Of a DNA stretch of 64,000 bases, positions 12,080 through 23,182 are shown piece after piece (the first letter of the stretch is position 1; every line of letters begins with the position of its first letter). The position numbers were made by a program, and so were the translations under genes. Origin of the DNA: Vicugna vicugna (taxonomy: Eukaryota); assembly GCA_013265495.1 (NCBI GenBank), contig MU058337.1, forward strand, positions 6,802,716 to 6,866,715. The letters are read 5' to 3'. The notes beneath the pieces are model-generated. The model did no database searches. It saw nothing but the letters and a program-made list of their open reading frames with translations, and was not told where the DNA came from.

Positions 12080-13240
12080 GCTTCCAGCACCGCCTCTACC
12101 CGGACAGCCTCTTCTTTCTGCCTGGCACACCGGCCGCTGAGGGCAAGGGGCCGGGCCAGGAAAACACCAGGGCAACCCAGCCCGACTCTAACTGCGCAGC
12201 CCACCTGCAGCTGCCCCGAGAGCACTTGAACATCCCACCTGGGGTTCACATGTGGGGGCCTGGCGGCGGGACTCAGTCCTACTCGCCCTTCCAGGCTGGG
12301 ATGGGGGTGGTGTCCGCTGACCCCAACAGGCAGGAACTACCAAGGTTTTGGCACGGGGATGAAAGATGAGCCCCCAAACCTCCTGCAACACCGAGAGTCC
12401 CCACTGCCCCTAGCCCCAAGGAGGTGCTCAGGGTGGCATGTAGGGGACAATCAGGATGGCGGCGGACGGTACTCACAAAGCCCACTGGAGCCGGTGCTGG
12501 TGAACATGGTCCCGCCGGACTCAGAGCCCCCGCGGGGGACAGGGGGAGGGGAAACGGAGGTGGAGGGACTCGGCGAGCGCGCAGGCGCACTGCGGGCGGG
12601 GCGGCGAATCCGGCAACTCCACTCCAGGGGCCGCCGGTGAAGGGCGCATGCGTGGATCGTCCACCTTCACCACTCCACCTCCCTTCCTGCCGGGGAAGGG
12701 AAGTGCGTCCGCAGCGGAAAGGGTCCGCCTCTACGTGTTTTTCCGACGGCCTCGGGTATTTTGGAAAAGGAGTGGGATGGCGTCCGAGGAGCGGGTGTAA
12801 TTCTGGGAACCGCAGTACTCAGCACCGCTCCCATACCCCGAAGGGCCGCGAAAGCAGCGGATTCCTCTGGCATGCGGGCGCGGGGACATTCCTTGCGACC
12901 TCTAACCTCTGCCCGGACGGGACGCCCGGCGCATTCCACGCATGCTCAGTCTTTCTGGGCAGTCCCGGGAGCATGCTCCCCGGCGAACTGTTGACGATGC
13001 GAACCGTCTCGAGTTCCGGCGGAGTGGGAGCAGTAGTTCTGTGGATGGGAGCGGAGTCGGGGCTGCAAAACCCTTCCTGTCGCGGGGAGCTTTTTCCCTC
13101 CTTTCGCCATGTCAGTCCCGCCTGAAGCCCCCACAGAAAGCGCCGAGAGTCGTGGTCCCTGGCCCCTCTCCCCTCCCATCCACGGTGGCCCGTGTCCAGG
13201 TGTCCCAGGCGCGGTGAGTCTGTGGCGGAGCGACTGTGCT
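12080..13240. promoter_or_regulatory. CpG-island promoter of UBAC2, TATA-less and probably bidirectional
   Basis: Sharp rise in GC and CpG. NRF1-like GCGCAGGCGCA (12579-12589) and GCGCATGCGT (12644-12653), GC box GGGCGGGGCGG (12594-12604), ETS-like GGGAAGTG (12698-12705), ZNF143-like TGGGAnnnGnAGT at 12804-12816 and 13025-13037. Confidence 0.88.
12477..12507 (-). CDS. UBAC2: Ubiquitin-associated domain-containing protein 2, first coding exon (31 nt, phase-1 intron follows; the rest of the gene lies beyond the left edge)
   Basis: The minus strand reads gggacc ATG TTC ACC AGC ACC GGC TCC AGT GGG CTT T|gtgagt. This gives MFTSTGSSGL, matching the UBAC2 N-terminus as I recall it (MFTSTGSSGLYKAPLSK). 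It has A at -3, a canonical donor at 12471-12476 and lies in a CpG island. Confidence 0.93.
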
Positions 13241-13936
13241 CCCCAAATTTCTGCCCTGGAGTCCTTCTGGACACATGCCATTTAAATTTTTTTCCCTTGC
13301 AAAATTTTTACTCCTTAGTAAGACAAAGTCACAGTTTTTAAAGTGAGTTTGAGCTTGGAAACGTTAATGTTACTGCGTCGTTAAAGAATACACATGGGGA
13401 AATGGACCAACTACGAGGCTAAACGAAAAGGATAGGCTACAAAACTGTGTACCGTACACTAAGAAGAAAGATACTTTTTGAGTACTTGTAAGGGCCAGGC
13501 ACTGTGCTAAATCTGAAATTTGTAGATCGATGAAACAGTGCCTGCCCTTAAGGAGAGGTGTCGGCCAAAATATTAACACGTTTATTTCTAGAAGACAAAA
13601 GTGTAAGTGACTTATTTTCTTTAGGCTTTATTTGTGAAGTTTGTTCACAATCTTGAGATACGTTTTATGTTTAACTTTAGATTCATCCATTTTATATGAC
13701 ACGTTCCCTACCCTCTAGGGGCTCACGCTTTCAAGCTTATGTCTATTAACCCCAATGTAGAAAGCAGATTCAACAGACAAAGCAAGGCAGGTAATGATCC
13801 CTAGTAATTGACAGAATTAGTTATGCATAATATGATCCAGAGAAGAGACACAGTGGAAATATAGGCATGGATAACAGAAATGATATACAAGAAGAGTCTT
13901 GGGACTGTGATAAAGGTCAGATAACTTACACTAGTG

Positions 13937-15476
13937 TAGGGTTTCTCAACCTGCACTATGGACATTTTGGACAGGAGAATTCTTTATTGTAGATGGCTGC
14001 CCCCATGTACTGTAGAAGACCTTTTTCAGTGTCATTGTGCAGCAGATGGAGTTGCAACCATGTCCTTTAGTAACGTAGGATTGTAAACAAGTTAAAGTAG
14101 CAGCAGCCACATTAACACATCATTGAATTATTCATTGACAGCCTCAGTCACCAAAAATCTTAATGAAAGGCCCACAAGTCAGGGAATGTTATCACTGCTA
14201 TTAATAAAGTTTAAATAAATGCCTTGAATAAAAGATTATCTTGTGAAATTTGCAATGACTGTGAAAATGAGTTTGACTGTCTTATCCTGCATATAAATAA
14301 GCTGGTATTCTAAAGAAAATTGTTTTAAAATATTTTATTATTCTTTACTACTAACATGAATTTTTTGTTTCAATCAATGAAAAGTCAAACAGTGACTCAA
14401 AATATTTTGAAGCGATTTGACATATATTGCATATGTATCAGAAATGTTAAATAAAGTCTTTAAACTGCATGATTGACATTATTAAAAAGGAATTATCATG
14501 AGATTTTTCAACAAACTTACATCATTTTAAGAGAAGCTTTCTTACCCAGAGCTCCAGTTGGGAAGTAAGCCCTCACATGGCTAACGCTCAGGACAGAGCA
14601 CCAACACTATTGCACCATCCTGCCTATGGTTTTCTTGTTTTTGTAGCACAGTGATAAGAAAGCCATGCTGAGAAAATTACATATGGAAATCATGGTGTGG
14701 GGTTTTTTTAGGGAAATGATGGGTTGCTGTGCTTTCTTCCCCCCAGTCTTCCTTCAGCACCCACCTTAGAAATCCACCGCATCATCTCTCTAGAACTTTT
14801 TCTGTCTCTCTCTTTTTTTTGGGGGGGGGGATTCATCTGTTTTCCAAAACATAGTAAAGGATGTGGTTCCCCTGGGTCTAAGTTCTAGAGATGAAACGTG
14901 TGCCCTAACATGTGATGTGATTTCAGAACGGGCCATCAGTTTTCTATCAAACTCAATTACTACCCCTCAGAACAGACGGAATTATTTTAAAGCAACTCAT
15001 ATGGAGCCTGATTGTGAGACAATCAAACTTCCTCATCTTCTTCACCCTGACCTGTTCTTTCTCGGAGACTAAGTTAAGATTACTTCTCTTTCTCATATCC
15101 TGCAAGCATGTCTGGTCTGTTGGTCCCACACATGTACTTTTCTGTCCTCCACTGGTTGCTGTTCTGCTGTGCGATTGCTTTTCTATACATCCTGTGCGCC
15201 GTCACTTCTGATCTCGCGTCTCTTCTGTACAAACTAATATATTTATAGGCAAATGCAAGCATTACTGCCTCCTAGTGTAGTCACATCCAGACACCTAGAG
15301 ATCAAAGTATTTTCTTATAAATTTCTTTGTTTCATGTCAAAGTAAGTGTGTTATATTGATTATTAAAATTATGTATAACATATTTTTCTTGACTATCATT
15401 TAGGATATTAAAGACAGAATTACAGAATATTTGTTGTAAAAGGGAGAGTTGGGCCTCCTAGGATTGAGAACCATTA
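13937..15476 (+). mobile_element. hAT-Charlie element with MER20/MER20B-type ends and a decayed transposase segment
   Basis: TIRs tagggtttctcaacc (13937) and gattgagaaccatta (ends 15476). MER20-type 5' end. Internal CAADGVATM (14036-14062), H*IIH*Q (14121-14141) and LILH...WYSKENCFKIF (14281-14335). Flanks are cactagtg and gactagat. Confidence 0.72.
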
Positions 15477-15670
15477 GACTAGATGGATACAATTTATGCC
15501 ATGCATACAGTTGACAAACTGTAATTGGGCTCTGGGTAGCCTAATGTGAATAAAGACAATGCAGTCTTAGGTAATCTTCAAAATTCCATATCAGATGTAT
15601 AAGACTTTTTACATCTTGTTTTTAGGTATATAACTTATAAAGAGGAGACACAGATGCTTTTAATTATCTT

Positions 15671-15813
15671 TTTTGGTGTTTTTTATTGTAATGTTATTTT
15701 ATTTTGTGGGGGGTAGGTAATTAGGTTTATTTTTAGAGGAGGTACTAGGGATTGAACCCAGGACCTTGTGCATGCCAACCATGTACTCTACCACTTGAAC
15801 TATACTCTCCTCC
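15671..15813 (-). mobile_element. tRNA-Ala-derived camelid SINE (Vic-1-type)
   Basis: Reverse-complement tRNA head and ggtaattagg tail. Perfect 16-bp TSD tgcttttaattatctt at 15655-15670 and 15814-15829. Confidence 0.92.
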
Positions 15814-16134
15814 TGCTTTTAATTATCTTAATCTGACCGTCCATAGTCTATAATGTTAACCATTGATTAGAATATTTATAATTGTTCACAAATAGGATTC
15901 TTTGATTCCTTATCCATTTTTCTTCTCTGAGGGTAATTTTGATCGAGTAGATGGGATCTTGCTTCTAGTACACTGCAGTAATCAGAGTGAAGTGCCTGCC
16001 GTAATGAAGGTGGAGGGGATTCCCAGCCTCCCACTGCAGGGTTGTCAGTACCGCACCCGTCATTTCCTAGCCCATCCATGTTGTTGAAACAAATGGGGTT
16101 CTCCTCATTAAAAGGGGATATTGGATATAATGCT

Positions 16135-16600
16135 ATTAGTTTGTGTTCTTCCAAAAGCCAACCGTGACATGGGGATTTGGGTGCAAATCCCACCTCTCTT
16201 TGAGAGGCAATCCTAGGAAGCATGGTGAGGAACTAAGGAGAGGAGTTGGGAAGACGATGGTCAGTAACGAGTGCGTTACTGCTCTGGGCACTTGGAAGTA
16301 AGTCCTACCAGAGACCTTCTAAGAGACTGAGCAGAACACGCCTCAAAACTGTCTCACCAATGAGCAAGGAAGCTGGGCTGTTTCACACCAACTCCCTTTC
16401 TCATTGGACAAGGATTGCTCCTGGGGGTTACAAATTCCCCTGCTCCATGTGCAGGCCAAGCATACTGCTGCATCCAGAGAAGGCCCTCAGGCAGAGAGAC
16501 ACGTACTTTCATGACAACTGTCCATTGAAGCTCTAGGTGACCTTCAGTGTGAGCAAAGAGGATATGGTAAGGACATCGGCAGCATCTGCTGAAAGTGGAA
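16135..16600. mobile_element. ERVL-type LTR (LTR33/LTR16-like), possibly followed by ERVL internal sequence to ~17000
   Basis: gatttgggtgcaa...agaacacgcctca...aggaagctggg...caccaactccc...agaaggccctcaggcagagagac. Similar to 54800-55210. Confidence 0.6.
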
Positions 16601-17480
16601 AGAAGGAAGCGAGGCCAAATAACTGATTCCCCTTGTCCTCTTACCCCAGGTCGCAGGGCAGGACCTTGTGGTGGGGCCAGCATTTTCTTTCTCTTGGTAG
16701 ATAATGGCTAGGGTTTGTTGCCATGAAAGTGACTCCTCTTGGACTATGATGTAGCTGCCCTGAATCCTTGCCACACTGCAAGCTGGATTTCAGGGCATCA
16801 TCAAAACAGGAAAGACATGCCAAATGTCATAATCTCATCCTCTGCCCAGGTTATGTCTTCTGATGAAACTGCCCGGCCACCTTCTGCCCATCAGAGCAAG
16901 GCTAACACTCAAGATCTACAATACAGCTTCCCCCAAGATCAAATCAACGAAAGTAGGAGCTTACTTCTTCCCGGCTTACTCAGAGATATGAGGCTCATTA
17001 TTGGCTCAAATGTTTAATTTTGCTTGTGCAGCTTCATGGCCATGTCATGCTGACCAGTCATAGCACACTGACTTGAATTGATGTGTTCAACGTAATGTTC
17101 TAAAACAAAACATAGTCTTTTAATCTTTTATTTCTTCTTTTCCCAAGGTGAGATAATCCTAACAATTTTGTGTAGGAAACTCCTTACCACTCTTATTTCC
17201 ATTATTGGTAATATTTATTATTATAAATTATAAATCCGTAGAATTGCAGTAGAAATATGCATACATGGAGAGTATCATTACCACGTCAGCTGGTGAAAAA
17301 AAGTGTAAACACATGTAAACAGTTCCTAAATTTCAGGAAATGAGCTGGAAATACAAAGTACTGAAAACTGACTGACCAGCATATGCCACTTAATTTTGCT
17401 AACTGATTTTAGCTTTTCTGTTTTTCTTGTGGGAGGCTAAACTCAGGACTCTCTTTTACCTACTTCTTCAGTTCTCTGCC

Positions 17481-17896
17481 TGTTGTGAGTTGAATGGTGT
17501 ACCCAAAAAAGTTATGTTGAATTCCTAACCCCCGGTACTTCAGAATGTGATCTTATTTGCAAAAAGGGTAATTGCAGATATAATTAGTTAAGATGATATC
17601 CCAAAGGAGTAGGTGGGACCAGAGTCCAGTGTGACTGATGTCCTTATAAGAAAATGCCCCAGACAGACACAGGGACAATGCCACATGACAGCAGAGGCAG
17701 AGACTGAAGTGCGGCATCTCCAAGCTGAGGAACACCAAGGACTGCCAGGAAAACACCAGAAACTGGAAGAGGCAACGAAGGATTCTCCCCCTGCAGGTTT
17801 CAGGGGGAGCACAGCCTCCAGAATGGTGAGACAAATTTCTGTTGTTTTAAGCCACCTAGTTTGTGCACTTTTTATGGCGACACCAGGCAACCCTCA
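17481..17896 (+). mobile_element. MaLR LTR (MLT1C-like)
   Basis: tgttgtgagttgaatggtgt...cctaacccccggtacttcagaatgtga...aatttctgttgttttaagccacctagtttgtg. Confidence 0.85.
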
Positions 17897-18734
17897 TTTT
17901 TTTCTTCTTAATTCATATTTTAAAAATTCTTATTCCATCTGCTATTTATCTGTTACTCCTTTCCTCTTTCTTAATTTCCACCTAAGTAAAAGCTGAGACT
18001 TCACTTCCATCCAGCAACCACAGGGCCTCAGCTCACCATACTCTTTATAGCAACCCCCTTGTCCCAAAGGTGACGATATGTTTGCCCCCATATGCCACAT
18101 GTCTGATGATAAGATCATGAATCCCAAAACTGCACTGGTACAATCTTCCTGCCCATGACGTTCACCAAATAAAACTGCTTTAAATTACGGCTGTGGTTTT
18201 CTGATCTGTCCAGCATCAGGAAGAAACTACCAGGCGCTCCTCACCTGGCTTCAGCACCTCTCACCTGGCGCCCTCTCTTCCCACAGTCATGGCTTGACCT
18301 CCTCATGCAGATGAACCTGTGGTTCAGTCCCTGGGCCAATTCTGACGTTCGGTAGGAGGAATTTGAGAGATTGCAGTCCACTGCTCTGTGAGGGTGGCTG
18401 GACTCCATGCCCTTGGGCTCCTTTTGCATCTTGGGCATCGCATTCCTCTATCAAAGCAAGTGTACATTGTGCTCTTTGTGTAAATGTCTTTCTTTCCTCT
18501 TTGTTTCCCCAAGACTTAGCATAGTGACTGGCATACAGCAGGGCTTCAATATACATATTTATTTATTTATTGAATGAGGTGAATGAGCCACACTTGCTGC
18601 TTTCCCTAGTTCTACAGTAGGTGGGCTTCAGCTTTTCCAGAGATCCAGTGTCTGTCTCATGCCACAGGGAATGAGGAGCGCGTGCCCTGTGCTCCCAGAC
18701 CGCTCATTCTCAGTTATACTTCACTGACCCCATC

Positions 18735-19597
18735 TGGGATGGTGAATTTCACGTTTCAGCTTGGCTAGGCCACAGTACCCAGACATTTGGTCAAACACAA
18801 CTGCAGTGACTGTGAAGGTATTTTTTAGATGAGAATAACATTTAAATCAATAGACTTTGAGTAAAGCAAATTACCCTTGCTATGGGCAGAATGCTTTCAT
18901 CCCTCTGTCAAATTCATATGTTGAAGCATTAATCCCCAGTGTGATGGGGTTTGGAGGTGGAGATTCTAGGAAGTAATTAGGTCATGAGGGCAGAGCTCTT
19001 ATAAATGGGACTAATGCCCCAATAAGAAGAGATACAAGAGAAATGATCTCTCTGTGCCGTTGTGAGGACACAGCAAGAAGGTGTCAGTTTGTAAGCCAAG
19101 AAGAGGGCCCTCTCACCAGAAACCAAATTGGCCGGCGCCTTGATCTTGGACTTCTTAGCCTCCAAAACTATGAGAAATACATTTTTGTTGTTTAGCCAAA
19201 ATCCATGGCATTTTTGTTAGAAGAGCCCACACAGACTAAGACAACCCTCCATAATGGCTCATCCAATCAATTGAAGGCCCTGAGAAAAAGATTGACCTCT
19301 GAAGAGGAGGGAATTCTGCCGTTAAGTGGCCCTCAGACTTGAACTGCAACATCAAGCCTTCCCGAGTCTCCAGCCTGCTGGTCTACCCTGAAGATTTTGA
19401 CTTGCCAGTCCTCACAATCACATAAGCCAGTTCCTTATAATAAACCTCTGTCTTTGACTTGATAGGTAAATAGAGAGCCAGAGAGATGGGGGGGTGGGTG
19501 GAGAGAGAGATAGAGTGATAGAGAAATATAGAGACATGCAGAGATATAGTTATACATCCTACTGATTCTGTTTCTCTGGAGAACTCTGATTAATATA
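18735..19597 (+). mobile_element. MLT2 (ERVL) LTR interrupted by an MLT1A-like LTR
   Basis: Starts tgggatggtgaatttcacg...gagtaaagcaaattaccct, resumes ccataat...gagggaattctgcc and ends ttctgtttctctggagaactctgattaata. Confidence 0.85.
18878..19243 (+). mobile_element. MaLR solo LTR (MLT1A-like) nested in MLT2
   Basis: tgctatggg...gactaagaca (TG...CA) with 5-bp TSD accct at 18873-18877 and 19244-19248. Confidence 0.9.
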
Positions 19598-19887
19598 CCA
19601 CTCCACCCCCTCCCAAGGACCAGTGATCTTCCTTGGGAATGGCAGATTCCTCAGCTCCCATGCTGACAGATGGTCCCTGTCTGCTTGGCTCTCTAAATAG
19701 AGTATGCTGGTGGCTGTCCTCATGCTCTGTGATCAGTGGACAGTCCCGTCCCCATGTGCGCTGACAGGAACCCCCTGTTGCCAGTTTCACCACTCCCCAG
19801 ATTGTGTGTGCAGCCTGTCTGACTAGACCTGCCCTCAGTCTCTCACAGAGTCATTCATATCTGGTTCTGGGAGACCAGACTCCCGTA

Positions 19888-20430
19888 TTAGTCATAGTGG
19901 GGTTTTTCCAGGTACTTTATGATGCTTTAACATCCTGGGGCTTGGAAAGACTGCTCCTTTTAGGGCTACTGATTCCTAGAGTTGGTAAGCAACTTGCCTC
20001 AGAGCATGCCTTCGATATGCCAACCAACCAGTCCAAAATTCTTACCCCCAGTCTCCTCCGCTATCTAACTCTCATACACCAAACCAATATTCCCCTGCTC
20101 TAATTACCTCAGAGCCAGGTACCAGAGACTAGAGCCCATCCCTATAGCTCAGAGCCGGCCCCAATTATTCAAACAAGCCAATCCGAAACTTGCTCAAATT
20201 TGCCTACCCCTCTTCACCCATTCCTCCCAGCAGAAATCACCGTAAAGGCTCTGGTCCGTGCTCTCTCCTGATTCCTTCTGCCTCCTGATTTTCCCATGTG
20301 ACCCTGTGTGATATGACAGGCTCCCTCTTCTTGGGGAATCAAAGACATTTTTCTTCAAAGGCAGTTGTCTCCGTGTCTGTTACCATACCATACCTAATGA
20401 AAACAAATCCCAGGCACATTTTAATTTAAC
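19888..20430 (+). mobile_element. ERVL-class LTR (MER74/MER73-like)
   Basis: gaaagactgctcc...gattcctagag...ccaggtaccaga...attattcaaac...ggcagttgtctcc...accatacct. Confidence 0.6.
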
Positions 20431-21799
20431 CCCGCCTCCCCCATGGACAGGATTTCCAAAGTCACTGTCAGATAAATTATGTTCTACAAAAGTCTCAGAG
20501 AGTCTACTGGTAGACTTGCATAAACAAGGGGGATTTAACCTTCTCCTTTGTATTGTTTCCATAATAAAATGTAGGTACAGAAACTGGGGTTGGTTAATTT
20601 GTTAATGTCAGATGATTGTTCTGATTTGGCAAGTATTCATGGCCTTATGCCTGCTGGGATTGGAGTTTTTCTTTATAAGGGAATTATTCTGCAGTGAGTG
20701 CCCAACCAGTGGCCAAAAAGATATGAAAGAAGAACGACCTGGGTTTTCTGAACCATCTGATATAGCAGTCTGTCCTCCTGTGCAGGCCAAGGAGGTTTTA
20801 CCTGTGCAAACATGCCAGGTGGACAGACTGGGACTCAGGTGCACCCTGCATGAGGGAGCCTGCATGCAAGGAGGAAGGAAGGCCCACAGGCTGGTGGGAC
20901 CCTGACACTGACCTTGTGGTGCCTACAACCATATGTCCATCTGGCTGAAGTCCTTTAATAAACCACTGCCTTTGTGCTCTCATTCTTCCAACTAAAACAT
21001 GCCACATCTCCGGTGCTGGTGCCCTAATTTATTCCCTCAAAGTTACTCTGTGTAATATCCTTAACCAAACCTTTTCCACCAGCCACCAGACGACTAGAAC
21101 ATTTGTTCAGTATCCTCCTGTTTCCTTATTCATCTTGGAAGCAAGTTTTTCAAACACCTTCAGCCTTCTCTTCCCAGACTAAAGATTTCTGTAACTTTTT
21201 TACCCTTTGATCATTGTTACTGTTTTTTTTTTAAATACTCCCCAGTTTTCCATATTATTCTTATACCATGGAGTGTAAATGGTATACGAGACTACACATA
21301 ATAAAGGCATGAAACATCACCAATCATGATATATTTGTGATAATAACTGATGAGGGCTGATCCCTTACTCTAGGTTTCCTAAAGGAAAGGGAAAAAATGC
21401 TAACACAGTCTGCCAATAAACCTAAGAGTTGGATGGATAAGGAAAATAAGCTACCTCAATTTTTTAAAGGTGTCATTTGAAAAATTATTCCAAGCAAATT
21501 CACAGCAGAACAACTCCATCCTCTGCACCTCCTAGTAGTTTGCATAAATTCCAGCCTACAATCCATCATGCCAAATACAAAAAGGTCAGGGATTTTAATC
21601 AACAATCTGTTTAAAAGAAATGATTTGTATACTGCTAACATACATTGCATGTTTCTTATCATCATAAAATACAAACACAAATGTGTTATGTACATAAAAT
21701 ATAAATAGGTAATTATGCCATGTGTGTTTTTTGTGGCACCTTGATGTACTGTAACTGTTGAACAACTCTAGGTATCTATTCAACTTCTTCGGAGAGCAA

Positions 21800-22065
21800 G
21801 GGTAGTATAGTGTAGTGGTCAAGTGCTCAGAGCCTGAAGCCTGGCTTCATATCCCAGCTCTGCTCCCCATTAGTGTAGACCCTCATGTCGCTCTTCTTAA
21901 CTCTCTGCACCTCATTTCTTTATCTGTAAACAAAGAATGATGGGAAAAATAATACTTGCCTCTAGGGGTCTTCTGAGCATTAAATAAATTAATACATTAA
22001 AAAACACACACACACACTTTGAACAGGTCCTGCCCGTAATAATTTCTTGCAATTGTTATTACTGT
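21800..22065 (+). mobile_element. MIR SINE
   Basis: gtatagtgtagtggtcaag...tcccagctctgct...cttaactctctgcacctcatttctttatctgtaaa. Confidence 0.75.
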
Positions 22066-22957
22066 CATTTTCATAATTATATCCTGAACACTGGCAAGGA
22101 GGCTGAAAGAGTTCTCAAAATCAAGTCTATTTGTGCCAGAGCACTCATGAGACAGTTTGTTCCCAAAGTAGTAATTAGAAATAAAGAACCAGAACAGTGT
22201 GATCACGCCGTCTGACCAAGGCCCCGGGAACACAGGTTCTGGCTTAGCTCTGCCAGATTCTGTTTTTCTGGGAGTCGGGGAGCGAGCTGCTCTCTCTCGA
22301 GTTCCCTGGGTGTGGCTGAACAGAGGGGAGGAGTCATTCTCCCCCTCCTTCCTCTACCACCCACCTTTGGTCTGTTTATCGCTGCAGCACCTCTTGCTGG
22401 CCTGAGGTCCAAATGGGGCCTCAGATGTCCACAAGGGCCACCACTAAGCGGAAAGGCGGGCGTAAGCAAGCCGCAGACACGTTTAGCTTGCACATGAATC
22501 ACGTAGTAATATTCTCCCACCTACGCAAATAAAGGTACTCTCTCCCGGTTCTTAAAAACACAGGCTAACTTCACTTCTCTTTCATGTCCCCACTTTTGAT
22601 AGTGACTCAGATACAGAGAACTTTTTTTTTCTGTAAAAAGTCAACAATACAGGCATGATAATAACAGCCCCTAAAGTTTAAGGAGCAATAGAGAATGGCA
22701 GAGCCTGTTGAACAGATCGGCTCACGTCCCGCCCTACAAGGAAATGCCTTGTAGGGGGCAGGGCGCGGGGGGAGGGAGATACAGAAATGCATCCCAGAGC
22801 TCCGGACTTTGATGAAGAATTTTCCAGCTGTTAAATGTTAGTTCATACTGATATATGCAGGCCGAGCAAAATGATGCCACAGGAGGACTTGCAGCAGATA
22901 AAAATTCATGATGTTCGCTCCACAGCTTCCGTTAACACTGTAACTTTTTTTACATGG

Positions 22958-23068
22958 CTTTTTATTTATTTTTATTTTTAAAACTGAAGTATCATTGATT
23001 TACAATGTTGTGTTAGTTTCTGGTGTGCAACATAATGATTCAATCATATGTGTGTATGAATATATTCC
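22958..23068 (-). mobile_element. Very short L1 3' tail (cetartiodactyl-type)
   Basis: A T-rich tract followed by gaagtatcattgatttacaatgttgtgttagtttctggtgt. Confidence 0.8.
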
Positions 23069-23182
23069 TAACTTAGATCACCGGACCAATGGTGACCCCG
23101 GGGTTGTGCCACATGGTAGCATGGGTCCAAACCACAGCAAGCAAGGAACCTTGGAATCTCTAAGCAGAGAGTCTTTAAGACG

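Larger units (their letters stand above)
1..12476 (-). other. UBAC2: UBAC2 intron 1 (partial)
   Basis: Begins at the GTGAGT donor. I saw no sequence encoding the expected continuation (YKAPLSK...) in 1-12470, which is repeat-rich. Confidence 0.85.

Noticed and set aside
1..12470. UBAC2 exon 2, GPR18 or GPR183 coding sequence
   Set aside because: No long GPCR-like ORF and no YKAPLSK-encoding exon was seen. By human synteny these lie beyond the left edge.
12279..12590. 103-aa minus-strand ORF across UBAC2 exon 1
   Set aside because: It is out of frame with the UBAC2 ATG, starts at GTG and reads through the donor into the intron.
12424..13125. 233-aa plus-strand ORF and other overlapping ORFs in the CpG island
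   Set aside because: The 233-aa ORF starts at GTG. All have G/R/P/A-rich composition from stop-codon scarcity in GC-rich DNA and no recognisable domain.
14036..14335. Domesticated, functional transposase gene
   Set aside because: In-frame stops fall within the CxxH motif and frameshifts separate the motifs.
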